Notes under the pieces: model-generated
What the model saw: only the letters and a program-made list of their open reading frames with translations
The model's database searches: none
Told to the model about the DNA's origin: nothing
In this document: piece after piece, positions 1-9,734 of the stretch
How the letters are laid out: the number at the start of each line of letters is the position of its first letter
Numbering within the stretch: position 1 is the stretch's first letter
Program-made: the position numbers and the translations under genes
NCBI GenBank assembly: GCA_964291315.2
Contig: OZ219753.1
Location: 1,600,001 to 1,664,000, forward strand
DNA length: 64,000 nucleotides
Source of the DNA: Candidatus Poribacteria bacterium
GTDB taxonomy: Bacteria; Poribacteria; WGA-4E; WGA-3G
Reading direction: 5' to 3'

Positions 1-632
1 CCGTGCTGTTCCTGCAGATAGCCGGAGAGCCCGCTGGCGCGCGTCGTTCCATAACTTTCACCAATCAGTAACTTAGGCGAACCCCACCGTTTATAACGTC
101 CGAGATAAAGAAGGATAAAATCGCCTACGGACTCTATATCCTTCTTGAACCCATGGAACTGCTTCGCCTCCTCCCCAGGGACGGCTCTACTGAAACCGGT
201 ACTCACAGGATCAATGAAAACCAGATCCGTTTTGTCTAAGATAGAGCATTCGTTATCCTTGAGTTCGTACGGCGGATGCGGCAATTCACCCTCTTTGTCC
301 GGTTTAACACACCGCGGTCCCAATAGACCTAAGTGCAACCACACCGAGGAAGAGCCAGGCCCTCCATTAAACGAAAAGGTTATCGGACGTTTGCATATAT
401 CGTCAACATCATCACGGGTATAGGCAATAAAAAACACGGACGCTTTCGCTTTTTCGCCTTCTTTATCGATCTCTTCCTTCAGCACGAGTGTCCCCGTTGT
501 CGCCGTATAGCGTATTTCTTCACCGTTGATTGTGACGCTGTGGTGTGTAACCGAAAGGTTATCTTCAGGTGTAGATAGACCTTTCTCTTCAGTCGAGTCT
601 TCTTTAGATGCCTGCTTTCCTTTTTCGCTCAT
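1..632 (-). CDS. Peptidase S10 family serine carboxypeptidase (5' part; runs off the window edge)
   Basis: Manual translation from ATG at 632 (GGAGG upstream): MSEKGKQASKED...FSFNGGPGSSSVWLHLG...DLVFIDPVSTGFS...IGESYGTTRA, with the NGGPG and GESYG motifs. Not in the ORF track because it is truncated. Confidence 0.9.
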   Translation of the reverse strand, partial: MSEKGKQASKEDSTEEKGLSTPEDNLSVTHHSVTINGEEIRYTATTGTLVLKEEIDKEGEKAKASVFFIAYTRDDVDDICKRPITFSFNGGPGSSSVWLHLGLLGPRCVKPDKEGELPHPPYELKDNECSILDKTDLVFIDPVSTGFSRAVPGEEAKQFHGFKKDIESVGDFILLYLGRYKRWGSPKLLIGESYGTTRASGLSGYLQEQH

Positions 633-971
633 GTGCAGATTCCTCCATGTTTTTTATGCCAATGACCTAAACAGATTGCTTTGCAAACGTATTATAGCAT
701 ATTTTTCAGAAATAGGTATGACAAAAATCACAGGAGATATTTGCGTATGCTGCTTCTGGTACCTTTAACGTCCTCTTGTAGGATCGAGTGACCACTGCTC
801 AAGACGTTTGCTGAAAATCCTGATTCTGACAACACAGGGTGTCAAAAAACAGCGTCATCCGTGTAATTTACTATTCAGACTTCACTTTCACAAATATTCA
901 CGCGTCCTATCAATATAAAGAATTTGACATAATTCCAAAATATGCTAAACTCTACACAAAGGAGAAACACG

Positions 972-2027
972 ATGAAGAAACCGATTCGCTTAGGTTTGGT
1001 TGGTTGTGGCGGGATCGTCCAAAAGACGCATGCTTGCGCCTACCACGCACTCACAGATACCGTTGAAGTAACCGCCCTTGCAGATGTTGTCCCGGGAAAC
1101 CTCCAAAAGACCGCGGAGTTGTTCGGTGTGCCCACAGAAAACCGTTATCTCGATTACCGGGAGATGCTAGAACATGCCGCTATTGATGTCGTGATCATTG
1201 CCACACCGCACGCATTTCATGCTGCACAAGCTATTGAGTGCGCCAATGCAGGCGTGGCAGTTATTTCTGAAAAACCGATGGCAACCACTCTCGAAGAAGC
1301 AGACGATATTCTGGCAGCCGTGGAGCACAACGGGGTGCCTTACACGGTCATACATAACTATCTCTTCACCGCAGGTATGACGGCAGCGATGGCAGAACTT
1401 GACGCGCTCGGCGAATCCCATTTTGGTAGAAGCGTCGGAATGGGATTGAAACCAACAGATTTTTCAGCGAATCACCCGACCTCCGCGTTTGCATGGCGCG
1501 CCAGCAAGTCAAAAGGCGGGGGATGTGTCAGTGATACTAGCTATCACGAAATCTATGCCGTTTGCGCTTTGATGCAATCGCCCGTCCGATACGTTGAGGC
1601 ACGCGTCCAAACACTCCGCTTCAATATTGATGTGGATGATATCGCTATGTTGCTCTGTGAACATGAAAATGGAGGTATCACGACTATATCAGGTGCATGG
1701 TGTGTACCTGCCACAGATTTCGGATGGTGTGAGATGCACGCTGAAAACGGATCCCTACGAGTCCGACACCGTGTTAATGTAGAGGACGCGCTTCACCGTT
1801 TTACGAGAGTAGACGGATGGAGGCAGTTAGAACTCTCTGAATTTAAGGAAACCGCACATCAAGACGCAAGCGGGCACATCCGCTATTTTACAGACACATT
1901 CAATGCACTTGCGACTGGTACGCCGCTCCCAGTAGATCCAAACAAGGCGTATCACAACCTCGCCATTATCCAAGCTGCGCGTAAAGCGACGACAGAACGC
2001 CGCGCAATCGAGATTGTATCGTCGTGA
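972..2027 (+). CDS. Gfo/Idh/MocA family oxidoreductase
   Basis: GLVGCGGI Rossmann motif, ATPHAFH, EKPMA; AGGAG upstream of ATG 972. Confidence 0.9.
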   Translation: MKKPIRLGLVGCGGIVQKTHACAYHALTDTVEVTALADVVPGNLQKTAELFGVPTENRYLDYREMLEHAAIDVVIIATPHAFHAAQAIECANAGVAVISEKPMATTLEEADDILAAVEHNGVPYTVIHNYLFTAGMTAAMAELDALGESHFGRSVGMGLKPTDFSANHPTSAFAWRASKSKGGGCVSDTSYHEIYAVCALMQSPVRYVEARVQTLRFNIDVDDIAMLLCEHENGGITTISGAWCVPATDFGWCEMHAENGSLRVRHRVNVEDALHRFTRVDGWRQLELSEFKETAHQDASGHIRYFTDTFNALATGTPLPVDPNKAYHNLAIIQAARKATTERRAIEIVSS

Positions 2028-2053
2028 AAACATATGTCTGGAAAGGAACTGAT

Positions 2054-2491
2054 ATGAGAAAGGAACTGCTATTTCATATTTTAATCGTTTTGATGTTGAT
2101 GTCGATATTGGGTTCCAATTTTGCTTTGCAGGCTACTGCCCAACAGAACGCGACGTTCGTTGACGCAAAGACTGCCGCTGAGTACGATGCTGAGGATGAT
2201 GTTAACACAGCTGTATGGATCGCCGCCGGTGGCGTTTTGGGAGTGATCGGTGCTCTTCCGCTGGGTGCTGCTGCGATCGGAGGCGCGTATGTCTACCAAC
2301 CTGTACCACGCGTCGAGAGGCTTCTCGGTAAGTCTGCGGAATATGTCACTGTTTACACAGAAGCATATAAAACCAAGTCGCGCAACTTGCGGTTGGTTGC
2401 CGCTGTAAAAGGATCGCTCGGTGGATCGGCTGTGTTTTGCCTGTTAGGCATGGTTAAGATAAAGCCGTGGGCGGATTTTGTTTTCTGGTAG
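2054..2491 (+). CDS. Hypothetical membrane protein with signal peptide-like N-terminus
   Basis: ORF with AAGGA RBS, hydrophobic N-terminus and Gly-rich hydrophobic segments. Confidence 0.65.
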   Translation: MRKELLFHILIVLMLMSILGSNFALQATAQQNATFVDAKTAAEYDAEDDVNTAVWIAAGGVLGVIGALPLGAAAIGGAYVYQPVPRVERLLGKSAEYVTVYTEAYKTKSRNLRLVAAVKGSLGGSAVFCLLGMVKIKPWADFVFW

Positions 2492-2539
2492 ATGTTGGCA
2501 GTTAGCAATCGGCAGCCGACGTTTGACTGCTGGCTTCTG

Positions 2540-3490
2540 TTAGAGGATCGTTAATTCATCTTCCGCGCCGCTTTCTTCGAGAACCGTTACGAGTTCGGCA
2601 GCGACCCCGCCAAATGCTTCTGATTGCGGTGACTCTGGATTTCCTGCGACGATCGGAACGCCGATATCTCCGGCAGTACAAACTTCGGCGTCAAGTGGAA
2701 TCTGCCCTAAGAATGCTGTCCCAAATCGTTCGCTTGTGTTTTTCCCACCATCTGCACTAAAGATCTCGGTTTTTTCGTGGCAGTGTGGGCAGAGAAAGTA
2801 GCTCATGTTTTCTATAATTCCCAGAATCGGCACGCTGAGACGTTCAAACATAGCAACTCCTCGCCGGACGTCCGCAAGTGCCACGTCTTGAGGGGTTGTA
2901 ACGATAACTGCCCCGGTCAATGGAATTGCTTGTGTTAATGTGAGTGCGACGTCGCCTGTTCCGGGCGGGAGGTCAATAATTAGATAATCTAGTTCGCCCC
3001 ATGCCACGTCGCTCAGGAATTGGCGGATCGCACTGTGTAGCATCGGCCCCCGCCAAATCATCGCTTGTTCTTCCGGGACCATAAACCCGATCGACATCAA
3101 TTTAATATTGTGCCGAACCAGCGGAATCAGTTTTCGCTCCGGGCTGGTTCGCGGGCGTTCCTGAATGCCCATCATCGTCGGAATACTTGGACCGTAAGCA
3201 TCTGCATCCATTAAGCCGACTGCGGCACCACCGTTTGCAAGCGAAATTGCTAGATTCGTGGCGACAGTCGATTTTCCGACCCCGCCCTTTCCGCTTGCAA
3301 TTGCAATCTTATGTTTTATATTCGGTAATGTAATATTCTGTTGTTGTGTCTGCTGTTGCGGACTCGGTTTTTGTTTTTGCTGTCCAGAAATTTCTGAACC
3401 ACTGATTACCTTTAAGTCTGGATGCTGCTTTGCTGTTGGGGCTGATGGCGGTTTCGGTTTCTTCGTATCCCCTTTTTTTAAAAATCTCAT
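2540..3490 (-). CDS. mrp: Mrp/NBP35 (ApbC) Fe-S cluster carrier ATPase
   Basis: SGKGGVGKST, DADAYGPSIP, WRGPM, DLPPGTGD, ENMSYFLCPHC motifs. Confidence 0.93.
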   Translation of the reverse strand: MRFLKKGDTKKPKPPSAPTAKQHPDLKVISGSEISGQQKQKPSPQQQTQQQNITLPNIKHKIAIASGKGGVGKSTVATNLAISLANGGAAVGLMDADAYGPSIPTMMGIQERPRTSPERKLIPLVRHNIKLMSIGFMVPEEQAMIWRGPMLHSAIRQFLSDVAWGELDYLIIDLPPGTGDVALTLTQAIPLTGAVIVTTPQDVALADVRRGVAMFERLSVPILGIIENMSYFLCPHCHEKTEIFSADGGKNTSERFGTAFLGQIPLDAEVCTAGDIGVPIVAGNPESPQSEAFGGVAAELVTVLEESGAEDELTIL

Positions 3491-3615
3491 GTTCGGTCTC
3501 CTGACTGATGGAATTTTATTGTTAACGTATTAGATGTTGCCGGCGCGATTAGCGCGGGCGTGTCGCATGTGTAATATTTCCGGTATACCGCAAAATAGTT
3601 TAACATTTTTTCTTT

Positions 3616-3965
3616 TCACATACCCTCCAGCTAAATCGAGGGGATCCCGTTGCCAAGTGAATCCCATGCTTCTTAGTGCGGATCACGGCGTTCCGACATC
3701 GGCAACCGAAGTCTACAAGGGTTGATCGCCGCTAGTCCGACGTCCTCTAAGCCAAAGGTTGCGGTTTCCGCAATCTTATTCCATTCATAGAATTCGGGGG
3801 ACTCATGTAGTGTTCCTTCCGAACAAGTGAACATCGTTCGGATACCGAAGTCAAAACGGAACAGAACAGACGGGAAGCAGCTTGACCCGTCTTACGGCAG
3901 CCCTTCAGAAACGGTATGGTCTGTCACAATGGAGATATAAAAATCGCCGAGGTTTTCTTACTTCA
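3616..3965 (-). ncRNA. Candidate noncoding transcript ending in an IS200/IS605 right-end-like hairpin (omega-RNA-like or decayed tnpB remnant)
   Basis: No credible ORF; near-consensus promoter just upstream; 3' end reads AAGAAGCATGGGA...GGGATCCCCTCGATTTAGCTGGAGGGTATGTGAA on the minus strand. Confidence 0.4.
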
Positions 3966-3972
3966 GATATTT

Positions 3973-4000
3973 ATTATACCACATTTCCCGCAATTGTCAA
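3973..4000 (-). promoter_or_regulatory. Sigma70-type promoter (extended -10)
   Basis: Minus strand TTGACA (4000-3995), 16 nt spacer ending in TGG, TATAAT (3978-3973). Confidence 0.7.
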
Positions 4001-4192
4001 ATATATTTTGACACGACTCATTAACCGCTACGACATCCCCAGCACAGAGAAACACAGTTTTGTAGCAGAATTTTTGATAATTTTGTATAATAACAGGAAT
4101 AGATAACTAAAGGTTAGCAGTCAGTCACTGACGGTTACGGGTAACCGGCCCCGAGTATCCTAATTGCTGACAGTCATTAAAAGGAGCTTTTT

Positions 4193-4858
4193 ATGAACAT
4201 TCTCATGTTGCGCCATTCCGCTGGTTTTGAACACACTTATCTACCCAATGCGGAAGTAGCACTGAAGCAGATTGGCGCAGAAAACGGTTGGAACGTTGTT
4301 ACAACGCACCGGTGTGAGCTGATTAATGCTGAAAATCTCGAAAAACAGGACCTCGTCGCGTTCGCAACCACGGGCAACTTGCCGTTTGATGATATGCAAA
4401 AAGAGGCACTTCTAAGTTTTGTACGCAACGGAAAAGGATTTTTGGGCATCCATAACGCTACAGATACCTGCTACGATTGGCCCGAATACGGCGAGATGCT
4501 AGGCGGCTATTTTGCTGGACACCCCTGGCACCAAGAAGTAAACGTTATCGTTGAGGATGCTGACCACCCTGCAACCCGTATGCTCGGCGGCAGTTTCAAA
4601 GTGGTTGACGAAATTTATACCTTCAAAAACTGGGACCGTAACAAAACCCGGGTCTTAATGCGCCTAGACAATGATTCTATTGACATCTCGCGTGGAAACC
4701 GTGAAGACCACGATTATGCCCTCGGATGGTGTCATACTTACGGGGAGGGGCGCGTGATGTATACGGCGCTCGGACACCCCGATCCACTCTGGGACGAGAA
4801 ATGGTTTCATGAGCACATCATGGGATGTATCAAATGGACTGCCGGACTTGAGGACTAG
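4193..4858 (+). CDS. ThuA-like domain protein (class I glutamine amidotransferase-like)
   Basis: GFEH, GKGFLGIHNATD, DEIY, GRVMYTALGH motifs; AAGGAG RBS. Confidence 0.88.
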   Translation: MNILMLRHSAGFEHTYLPNAEVALKQIGAENGWNVVTTHRCELINAENLEKQDLVAFATTGNLPFDDMQKEALLSFVRNGKGFLGIHNATDTCYDWPEYGEMLGGYFAGHPWHQEVNVIVEDADHPATRMLGGSFKVVDEIYTFKNWDRNKTRVLMRLDNDSIDISRGNREDHDYALGWCHTYGEGRVMYTALGHPDPLWDEKWFHEHIMGCIKWTAGLED

Positions 4859-4907
4859 CACTTGCCTACAGTTTCATCTAAAAAACGCGATCTTGATAAT
4901 TATTGCG

Positions 4908-5002
4908 TTCAGCTTTGGATAAAGAGAGCACTTGCACAGGAAACCAACAGCCTATGCTACAGGAACGGGAGAGGCACAGACTGACAGTCTATGCTACAAG
5001 TC
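4908..5002. repeat. REP-like composite repeat, copy 1
   Basis: CTTTGGATAAAGAGAG...GAGGCACAGACTGACAGTCTATGCTACAAGTC, shared with 6348-6470; core reads GTAGCATAGACTGTCAGTCTGTGC on the minus strand. Confidence 0.75.
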
Positions 5003-5076
5003 TCTTGCATTCGTCTAAATTCCTAGGTGCGCTCTATTCGCGCGCCGTTCCGCATTCACTCCCGATGCAGCTCAAC

Positions 5077-6078
5077 TTAATCAGCGATAACCCGTGTTGC
5101 CCGCAGAAGTGTCTCCTGTACCAGCAATTCATGCGATACCGGACGATCCGGTGCTTGTGTTCCTGCGATGGTTGCCAAAAAAGCGTCCAGCTCCAACTCA
5201 TAAAGCCGTTGGCGACTTTCCCCAGCTATGTTCACAATCTGTTCCCCCTGTGTGTAACCATCTTTCGCTTCTTCCAGACAGAGGCGAATCTTTAACCCCG
5301 GTTCAAACGGTTCAAGAATTATGGCACTTCCCGCACTACCGTAAACCTCAAATCGGCGTGCAACGGGGCGTGGTTCCAAAGCTGATATAGTTATAAACGC
5401 CATCGCTTTTTCGAATTCGTATACTGTCAATGTATTATCTTTGAAGGGTTCCACCGAGTCGCCATCGTTTCGGAGGAAAGAGGTCACCTTTTCCGGGCGT
5501 CCGAGAATCCATAGCACCTGGTCGAGTACGTGTCCGCCTAAGTCGAAGAAGATGCCTCCGATGTGTTGGCTAATACGTTTCCGTGATTCGTGCGGAATGT
5601 TGGTTGACATGTGGGCGCGAACAGAAAAAATGTCGCCTAAAAAACCTGATTTTGCCCATTCTGCAACCTGTTTAAAGGCAGAGTGATACCGCAACATATA
5701 GCCCATCTGCACAAGCAGGGCATGTTCCTGTGCGGTATTAATGACCCGCTGCCACTGTGCCCAGTTTTCACCCGCTGGTTTGTCGTACCAGACGTGTTTG
5801 CCAGCCCTCACAATCTCCTCGGTCTGATCTAGGCTCTCTGCGTTGTTCCCTTCCGAAGCAATCGCGACGATGCTTTTATCGTTCAGCATTTCTGCTGCGT
5901 CCATATACCAATGAACCTCAGCAAATTGTCCGCCGTTATTTTGCAGTTTTGCGCGCTGCACTGCATCAGGTTCAAACACTCCTGCGACTTCAACGCCCGG
6001 GTTCACAAGCATCGCCTGCAGCTTCCCACGGGCATGCCCATGCTTAGTTCCATATTGCGCCATCCGTATTTTTGCCAT
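5077..6078 (-). CDS. Gfo/Idh/MocA family oxidoreductase
   Basis: GKHVWYDKPAG, QMGYMLRY, GGIFFDLGGHVLD motifs. Confidence 0.88.
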   Translation of the reverse strand: MAKIRMAQYGTKHGHARGKLQAMLVNPGVEVAGVFEPDAVQRAKLQNNGGQFAEVHWYMDAAEMLNDKSIVAIASEGNNAESLDQTEEIVRAGKHVWYDKPAGENWAQWQRVINTAQEHALLVQMGYMLRYHSAFKQVAEWAKSGFLGDIFSVRAHMSTNIPHESRKRISQHIGGIFFDLGGHVLDQVLWILGRPEKVTSFLRNDGDSVEPFKDNTLTVYEFEKAMAFITISALEPRPVARRFEVYGSAGSAIILEPFEPGLKIRLCLEEAKDGYTQGEQIVNIAGESRQRLYELELDAFLATIAGTQAPDRPVSHELLVQETLLRATRVIAD

Positions 6079-6347
6079 AGTTTACCTGTTCCTTCAAAAC
6101 TTGATATGTCTGCGCAAAGGCGGACATATCTGGTGTTGGTGTTTCTGCTTCGAGGTCCACTGCATTTCTAGTACCTATAGATAGGTGCACGTTTCACTTC
6201 TGAAAATCTTATAGATCATATCCTATTTTCTTGATTCTGTCAAATTTTTGTCTTTTATTCGCCGGGTTTCTATCCATAAACGTTGATGAAAATCCTTGAA
6301 ATTTTCTTAGCGTTATGCTAATATGATGCGAACTTGATGATTATTGA

Positions 6348-6470
6348 GTTCATCTTTGGATAAAGAGAGTCTTGAAAAACCGAACCGTTTTTGCTGCAAG
6401 CGTTGAAGAGGCACAGACTGACAGTCTATGCTACAAGTCCCTCACAGAGGAACCGAATACGTTCTGCTAC
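6348..6470. repeat. REP-like composite repeat, copy 2
   Basis: Same two blocks as 4908-5002; core palindrome at 6411-6435. Confidence 0.75.
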
Positions 6471-6598
6471 AAAAGAGCCTGATCACTCTTTTTTCGAACT
6501 CACGCTAATATACTTAATTGTTAAAACCTGTAGATTTTTGAGTCAACTGTAGGGAGAAAAGTAGGCGATCCGGTGACCTTCCAAAATTCAGAGCAATA

Positions 6599-7498
6599 AT
6601 GCTTACACCACAATTTCTGAGACAGCTTGATCCGTTCTACATCCACCCGAGGCGCTCGTTTCGAGGTAAGTTCAGGGGTGAACGCCGGAGTCTCAGGCGC
6701 GGCACCGGGATGGAGTTCGCAGACTACCGGAGCTATGAGCTCGGTGACGACCTGCGATACGTCGATTGGAATATCTATGCTCGTCTGGGCAAACTCTTTA
6801 TCAAACTCCACCATACCGATGCGGATTTGCCGCTCACTCTTCTCCTTGACAGTAGTCGATCCATGGAATTCGGTGCACCGACGAAGTTGGCATGCGCGAA
6901 ACAGGTAGCTGCTGCACTCGGCTACATGGCGCTAGCACACACTGACAGCGTGGCGGTTTACACCTGTGCAGAACGTCTGTCAGTAGCACTGCCGCCCACA
7001 TCGGGCAAGTCGCAATTCTCACGACTCACAAAAGCGATCACAGCTATTTCAATAGGTGGACAAACACGATTAACAGAATGCCTCAAGCGACTTTCGATGT
7101 ATCAGCAGCACCCAGGCGCGGTGATCATTCTTTCAGATTTTTTGGCCCCGGGCGGCTACGCAGCAGGTCTCAAATTCCTCAGAGGACACGGATTTTCTCT
7201 CACTGCAATTCAGATGATAACGCCCGAAGAAATAAATCCACAGGCAGACTTGGAAAACGCGGCTGCAGGAAACAATTGGCTGATAGAAGACGCAGAAACC
7301 GGTGAAACGAAAGCTATCACAATGAATGCCGAGATTCTAGCGCACTATCAAGCACAACAGCAAGTCTTTTGCGACAGTTTGCAACGTTTCTGTATTGATC
7401 ACGGTATCCTGTACGCTCAACTAGGAGTCAATACTCTGATAGAAGATTTTGTTTTACAAGATTTGTATAGGGCAGGTTTGATCCAGAGAAAGCGATGA
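6599..7498 (+). CDS. DUF58 / vWA-like protein (MoxR-associated family)
   Basis: GTGMEFADYRSYELGDDLRYVDWN, LLDSSRSM, ILSDF motifs. Confidence 0.9.
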   Translation: MLTPQFLRQLDPFYIHPRRSFRGKFRGERRSLRRGTGMEFADYRSYELGDDLRYVDWNIYARLGKLFIKLHHTDADLPLTLLLDSSRSMEFGAPTKLACAKQVAAALGYMALAHTDSVAVYTCAERLSVALPPTSGKSQFSRLTKAITAISIGGQTRLTECLKRLSMYQQHPGAVIILSDFLAPGGYAAGLKFLRGHGFSLTAIQMITPEEINPQADLENAAAGNNWLIEDAETGETKAITMNAEILAHYQAQQQVFCDSLQRFCIDHGILYAQLGVNTLIEDFVLQDLYRAGLIQRKR

Positions 7499-7529
7499 TC
7501 AACTTCAAAAAAAGGAATGAGGTGACGTA

Positions 7530-8093
7530 ATGGCAAGGCAAATACAAGGAATAGATGTACTCCTCACCCAAGGGGATATAACGCAAACACGGGTTGATGC
7601 GCTTGTGAACGCAGCGAACAGCAGGCTTATTGGTGGCGGTGGTGTGGACGATGCAATACGCAGAGCTGGCGGCGCTGAAGTCGTTCAAGCTTGTACAGAA
7701 ATCCGTAGACGTGCCGGCGGCTGTCCCACGGGTCAGGCAGTTATCACCCCCGCCGGTAACCTTCAAGCGAAATATGTCATCCATACAGTCGGCCCAGTCT
7801 GGAAAGGGGGCAATTCAGGTGAACCTGCACTGTTGGCGAGCTGTTATCAGGAGAGCCTCCGACTCGCTATAGAAAATGATATTCAGAGCATCGCTTTCCC
7901 CTCTATTAGCACTGGTATCTATGGATATCCGACCGATCGGGCAGCAAGCGTTGCTCTAACAGCGGTAAGAGATTTTGCACAAGCGCGGAACGGCGCACTA
8001 ACGGAAATTCAGTTTGTCTTGTTTGATGCAGCGACATACAAACATTATAAAGACGCTATGTCTACGATTTTTCCGAAATCGGAAACAGCTTAG
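7530..8093 (+). CDS. Macro domain protein (YmdB-like O-acetyl-ADP-ribose deacetylase)
   Basis: GDIT, VNAANSRLIGGGGVD, VIHTVGPVW, FPSISTGIYGYP motifs. Confidence 0.93.
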   Translation: MARQIQGIDVLLTQGDITQTRVDALVNAANSRLIGGGGVDDAIRRAGGAEVVQACTEIRRRAGGCPTGQAVITPAGNLQAKYVIHTVGPVWKGGNSGEPALLASCYQESLRLAIENDIQSIAFPSISTGIYGYPTDRAASVALTAVRDFAQARNGALTEIQFVLFDAATYKHYKDAMSTIFPKSETA

Positions 8094-8123
8094 GAACCCG
8101 CCGCTGTTGAAAGTCCTCTAAAA

Positions 8124-9314
8124 TTGAACACCCCTAAATTTAGCCGAGTTTCGCTGATTCTTCCCATTTACATTCCAGCATTTTTCTTAGCAACGGGCGG
8201 CGGTATCGTTTCACCGACACTCTCAATTTATGTTAAATCGTTCGAGTTATCTTACACACTCACCACCATTGTCTTCGCGGTTGGCGTGCTCGGCAACATT
8301 CCAGCAGGCGTTTTGGTGGAGCGACTCGGGCGCAAAATGTCGATGTTGTTAGGTTTGGTGATGATAGGACTATCGACTGTCGGTATGGGCGCAGCGACCC
8401 ATTTTTTTCAACTCGTTGCCGCACAATTAGTCGGAGGTATTGGACATGCATTGTGGATGCTTGCCCGGCATGCGTATATGACAGATGTCATTCCGCTAGC
8501 GAATCGTGGAAGGGCAATTGCGCTCTTCGGCGGTGTCAACCGAATCGGGACCTTCATGGGGCAGTTTTGTTCCGTCTTCCTTGGGGTGAACCTCCGCTTC
8601 CCGTTTTTTATATTCGCGGGGCTTGTAGTTTTGAATTTTGTGCTATGTCTCTTCTTTATCCCGGAGACACATCGAACGATAAGCCGACCTACCGGCAAAA
8701 AAGTATCTTATCTGGGACATCTGGTTCAGATATCGCGTCAACATGCACGTCTCCTAGCCACCGCTGGTGTGGGCCAGATATGTGTGCAGACCCTTCGGCG
8801 TGGGTGTAATATTATTATTCCCCTCTATGCGGACGAGGTGGTTGGGTTAAAAACACAGCAAGTACGACAAGTAGTGATGCTCTCTTCAGCGGTAGATATG
8901 TCCATGTTCCCGATTGCGGGTTACATGATGGATCGATACGGTCGAAGGTTTGCGACGGTCCCTGGGATTTGCATTTTTGCAACTGGAATGGTATTGATGC
9001 CGTTTACGGGAACTTTCACAGGCCTACTGTTCGCGGCAATTTTCATGAGACTCGGGAACGGGGTGGCGTCCGGGACAATGATGACGCTCGGGGCAGACCT
9101 CGCACCGCGTGAAGGAACCGGAGAATTCTTAAGTTTGTGGCGACTGACGGGAGACTTCGGAGGCTCGGCAGGCCCGGTTATCGTAGGTAACCTTGCAGAT
9201 GTGTTCGGATTAGGTTATTCGGGCTTCACGTTAGGGGGTATCGGTTATCTCGCGGTAGCTATTTTTCTCTATCTGGTCCCGGAGACCTTGCAGAAAGAAA
9301 AAACAGGTAGGTAG
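8124..9314 (+). CDS. MFS transporter
   Basis: About 12 hydrophobic segments; motif A-like GVLVERLGRK and GYMMDRYGRR. Confidence 0.9.
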   Translation: MNTPKFSRVSLILPIYIPAFFLATGGGIVSPTLSIYVKSFELSYTLTTIVFAVGVLGNIPAGVLVERLGRKMSMLLGLVMIGLSTVGMGAATHFFQLVAAQLVGGIGHALWMLARHAYMTDVIPLANRGRAIALFGGVNRIGTFMGQFCSVFLGVNLRFPFFIFAGLVVLNFVLCLFFIPETHRTISRPTGKKVSYLGHLVQISRQHARLLATAGVGQICVQTLRRGCNIIIPLYADEVVGLKTQQVRQVVMLSSAVDMSMFPIAGYMMDRYGRRFATVPGICIFATGMVLMPFTGTFTGLLFAAIFMRLGNGVASGTMMTLGADLAPREGTGEFLSLWRLTGDFGGSAGPVIVGNLADVFGLGYSGFTLGGIGYLAVAIFLYLVPETLQKEKTGR

Positions 9315-9362
9315 ACCCGCTTAGAAAGCATGCCATGCTGTTTAGAGCGTCTCTGTTATAGA

Positions 9363-9448
9363 TGCCGGGAAAGGGACTCGAACCCTTACGCGCGAAATGC
9401 ACACTAGAACCTGAATCTAGCCTGTCTACCAAATTCCAGCATCCCGGC
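9363..9448 (-). tRNA. tRNA-Leu (anticodon CAG); CCA not encoded
   Basis: Minus strand GCCGGGATGCTGGAATTTGGTAGACAGGCTAGATTCAGGTTCTAGTGTGCATTTCGCGCGTAAGGGTTCGAGTCCCTTTCCCGGCA: cloverleaf with long variable arm and GGTTCGAGTCC T-arm. Confidence 0.95.
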
Positions 9449-9465
9449 AAATAATTGACAGCTAC

Positions 9466-9494
9466 AGTATACCTTAATTTCCGCTTCTTGTCAA
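9466..9494 (-). promoter_or_regulatory. Sigma70 promoter of tRNA-Leu
   Basis: TTGACA-17 nt-TATACT on the minus strand, just upstream of the tRNA. Confidence 0.75.
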
Positions 9495-9734
9495 ATTAAA
9501 ACGGATGAGGAGACTTCGCCCGGATGTTATTTTCATTTCAGTGTCCCCGGGGATGTAGCATCAACAACTTTACAGACCCGATTAAGTCACGGAGAATAGA
9601 TTAGGAAGAATTCGGATTAAACTTGTAATGTTTCTGACACATCTAATATAATTAACAAACAGACTGACCCCCTCCCTGCAAGTGGGCAACCTGTGGTTAC
9701 ATCACTATACACAACATAAAAGGAGCTTAAACCC

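Noticed and set aside
3616-3965. tmRNA, RNase P RNA or SRP RNA
   Set aside because: No tRNA-like ends, no GAGGAAAGTCC RNase P signature and no SRP motif recognised
7530-8093. Macro domain as DarG antitoxin or partner of the NADAR domain
   Set aside because: Looks like a stand-alone YmdB-type protein among housekeeping genes; no darT-like gene; about 19 kb from the NADAR
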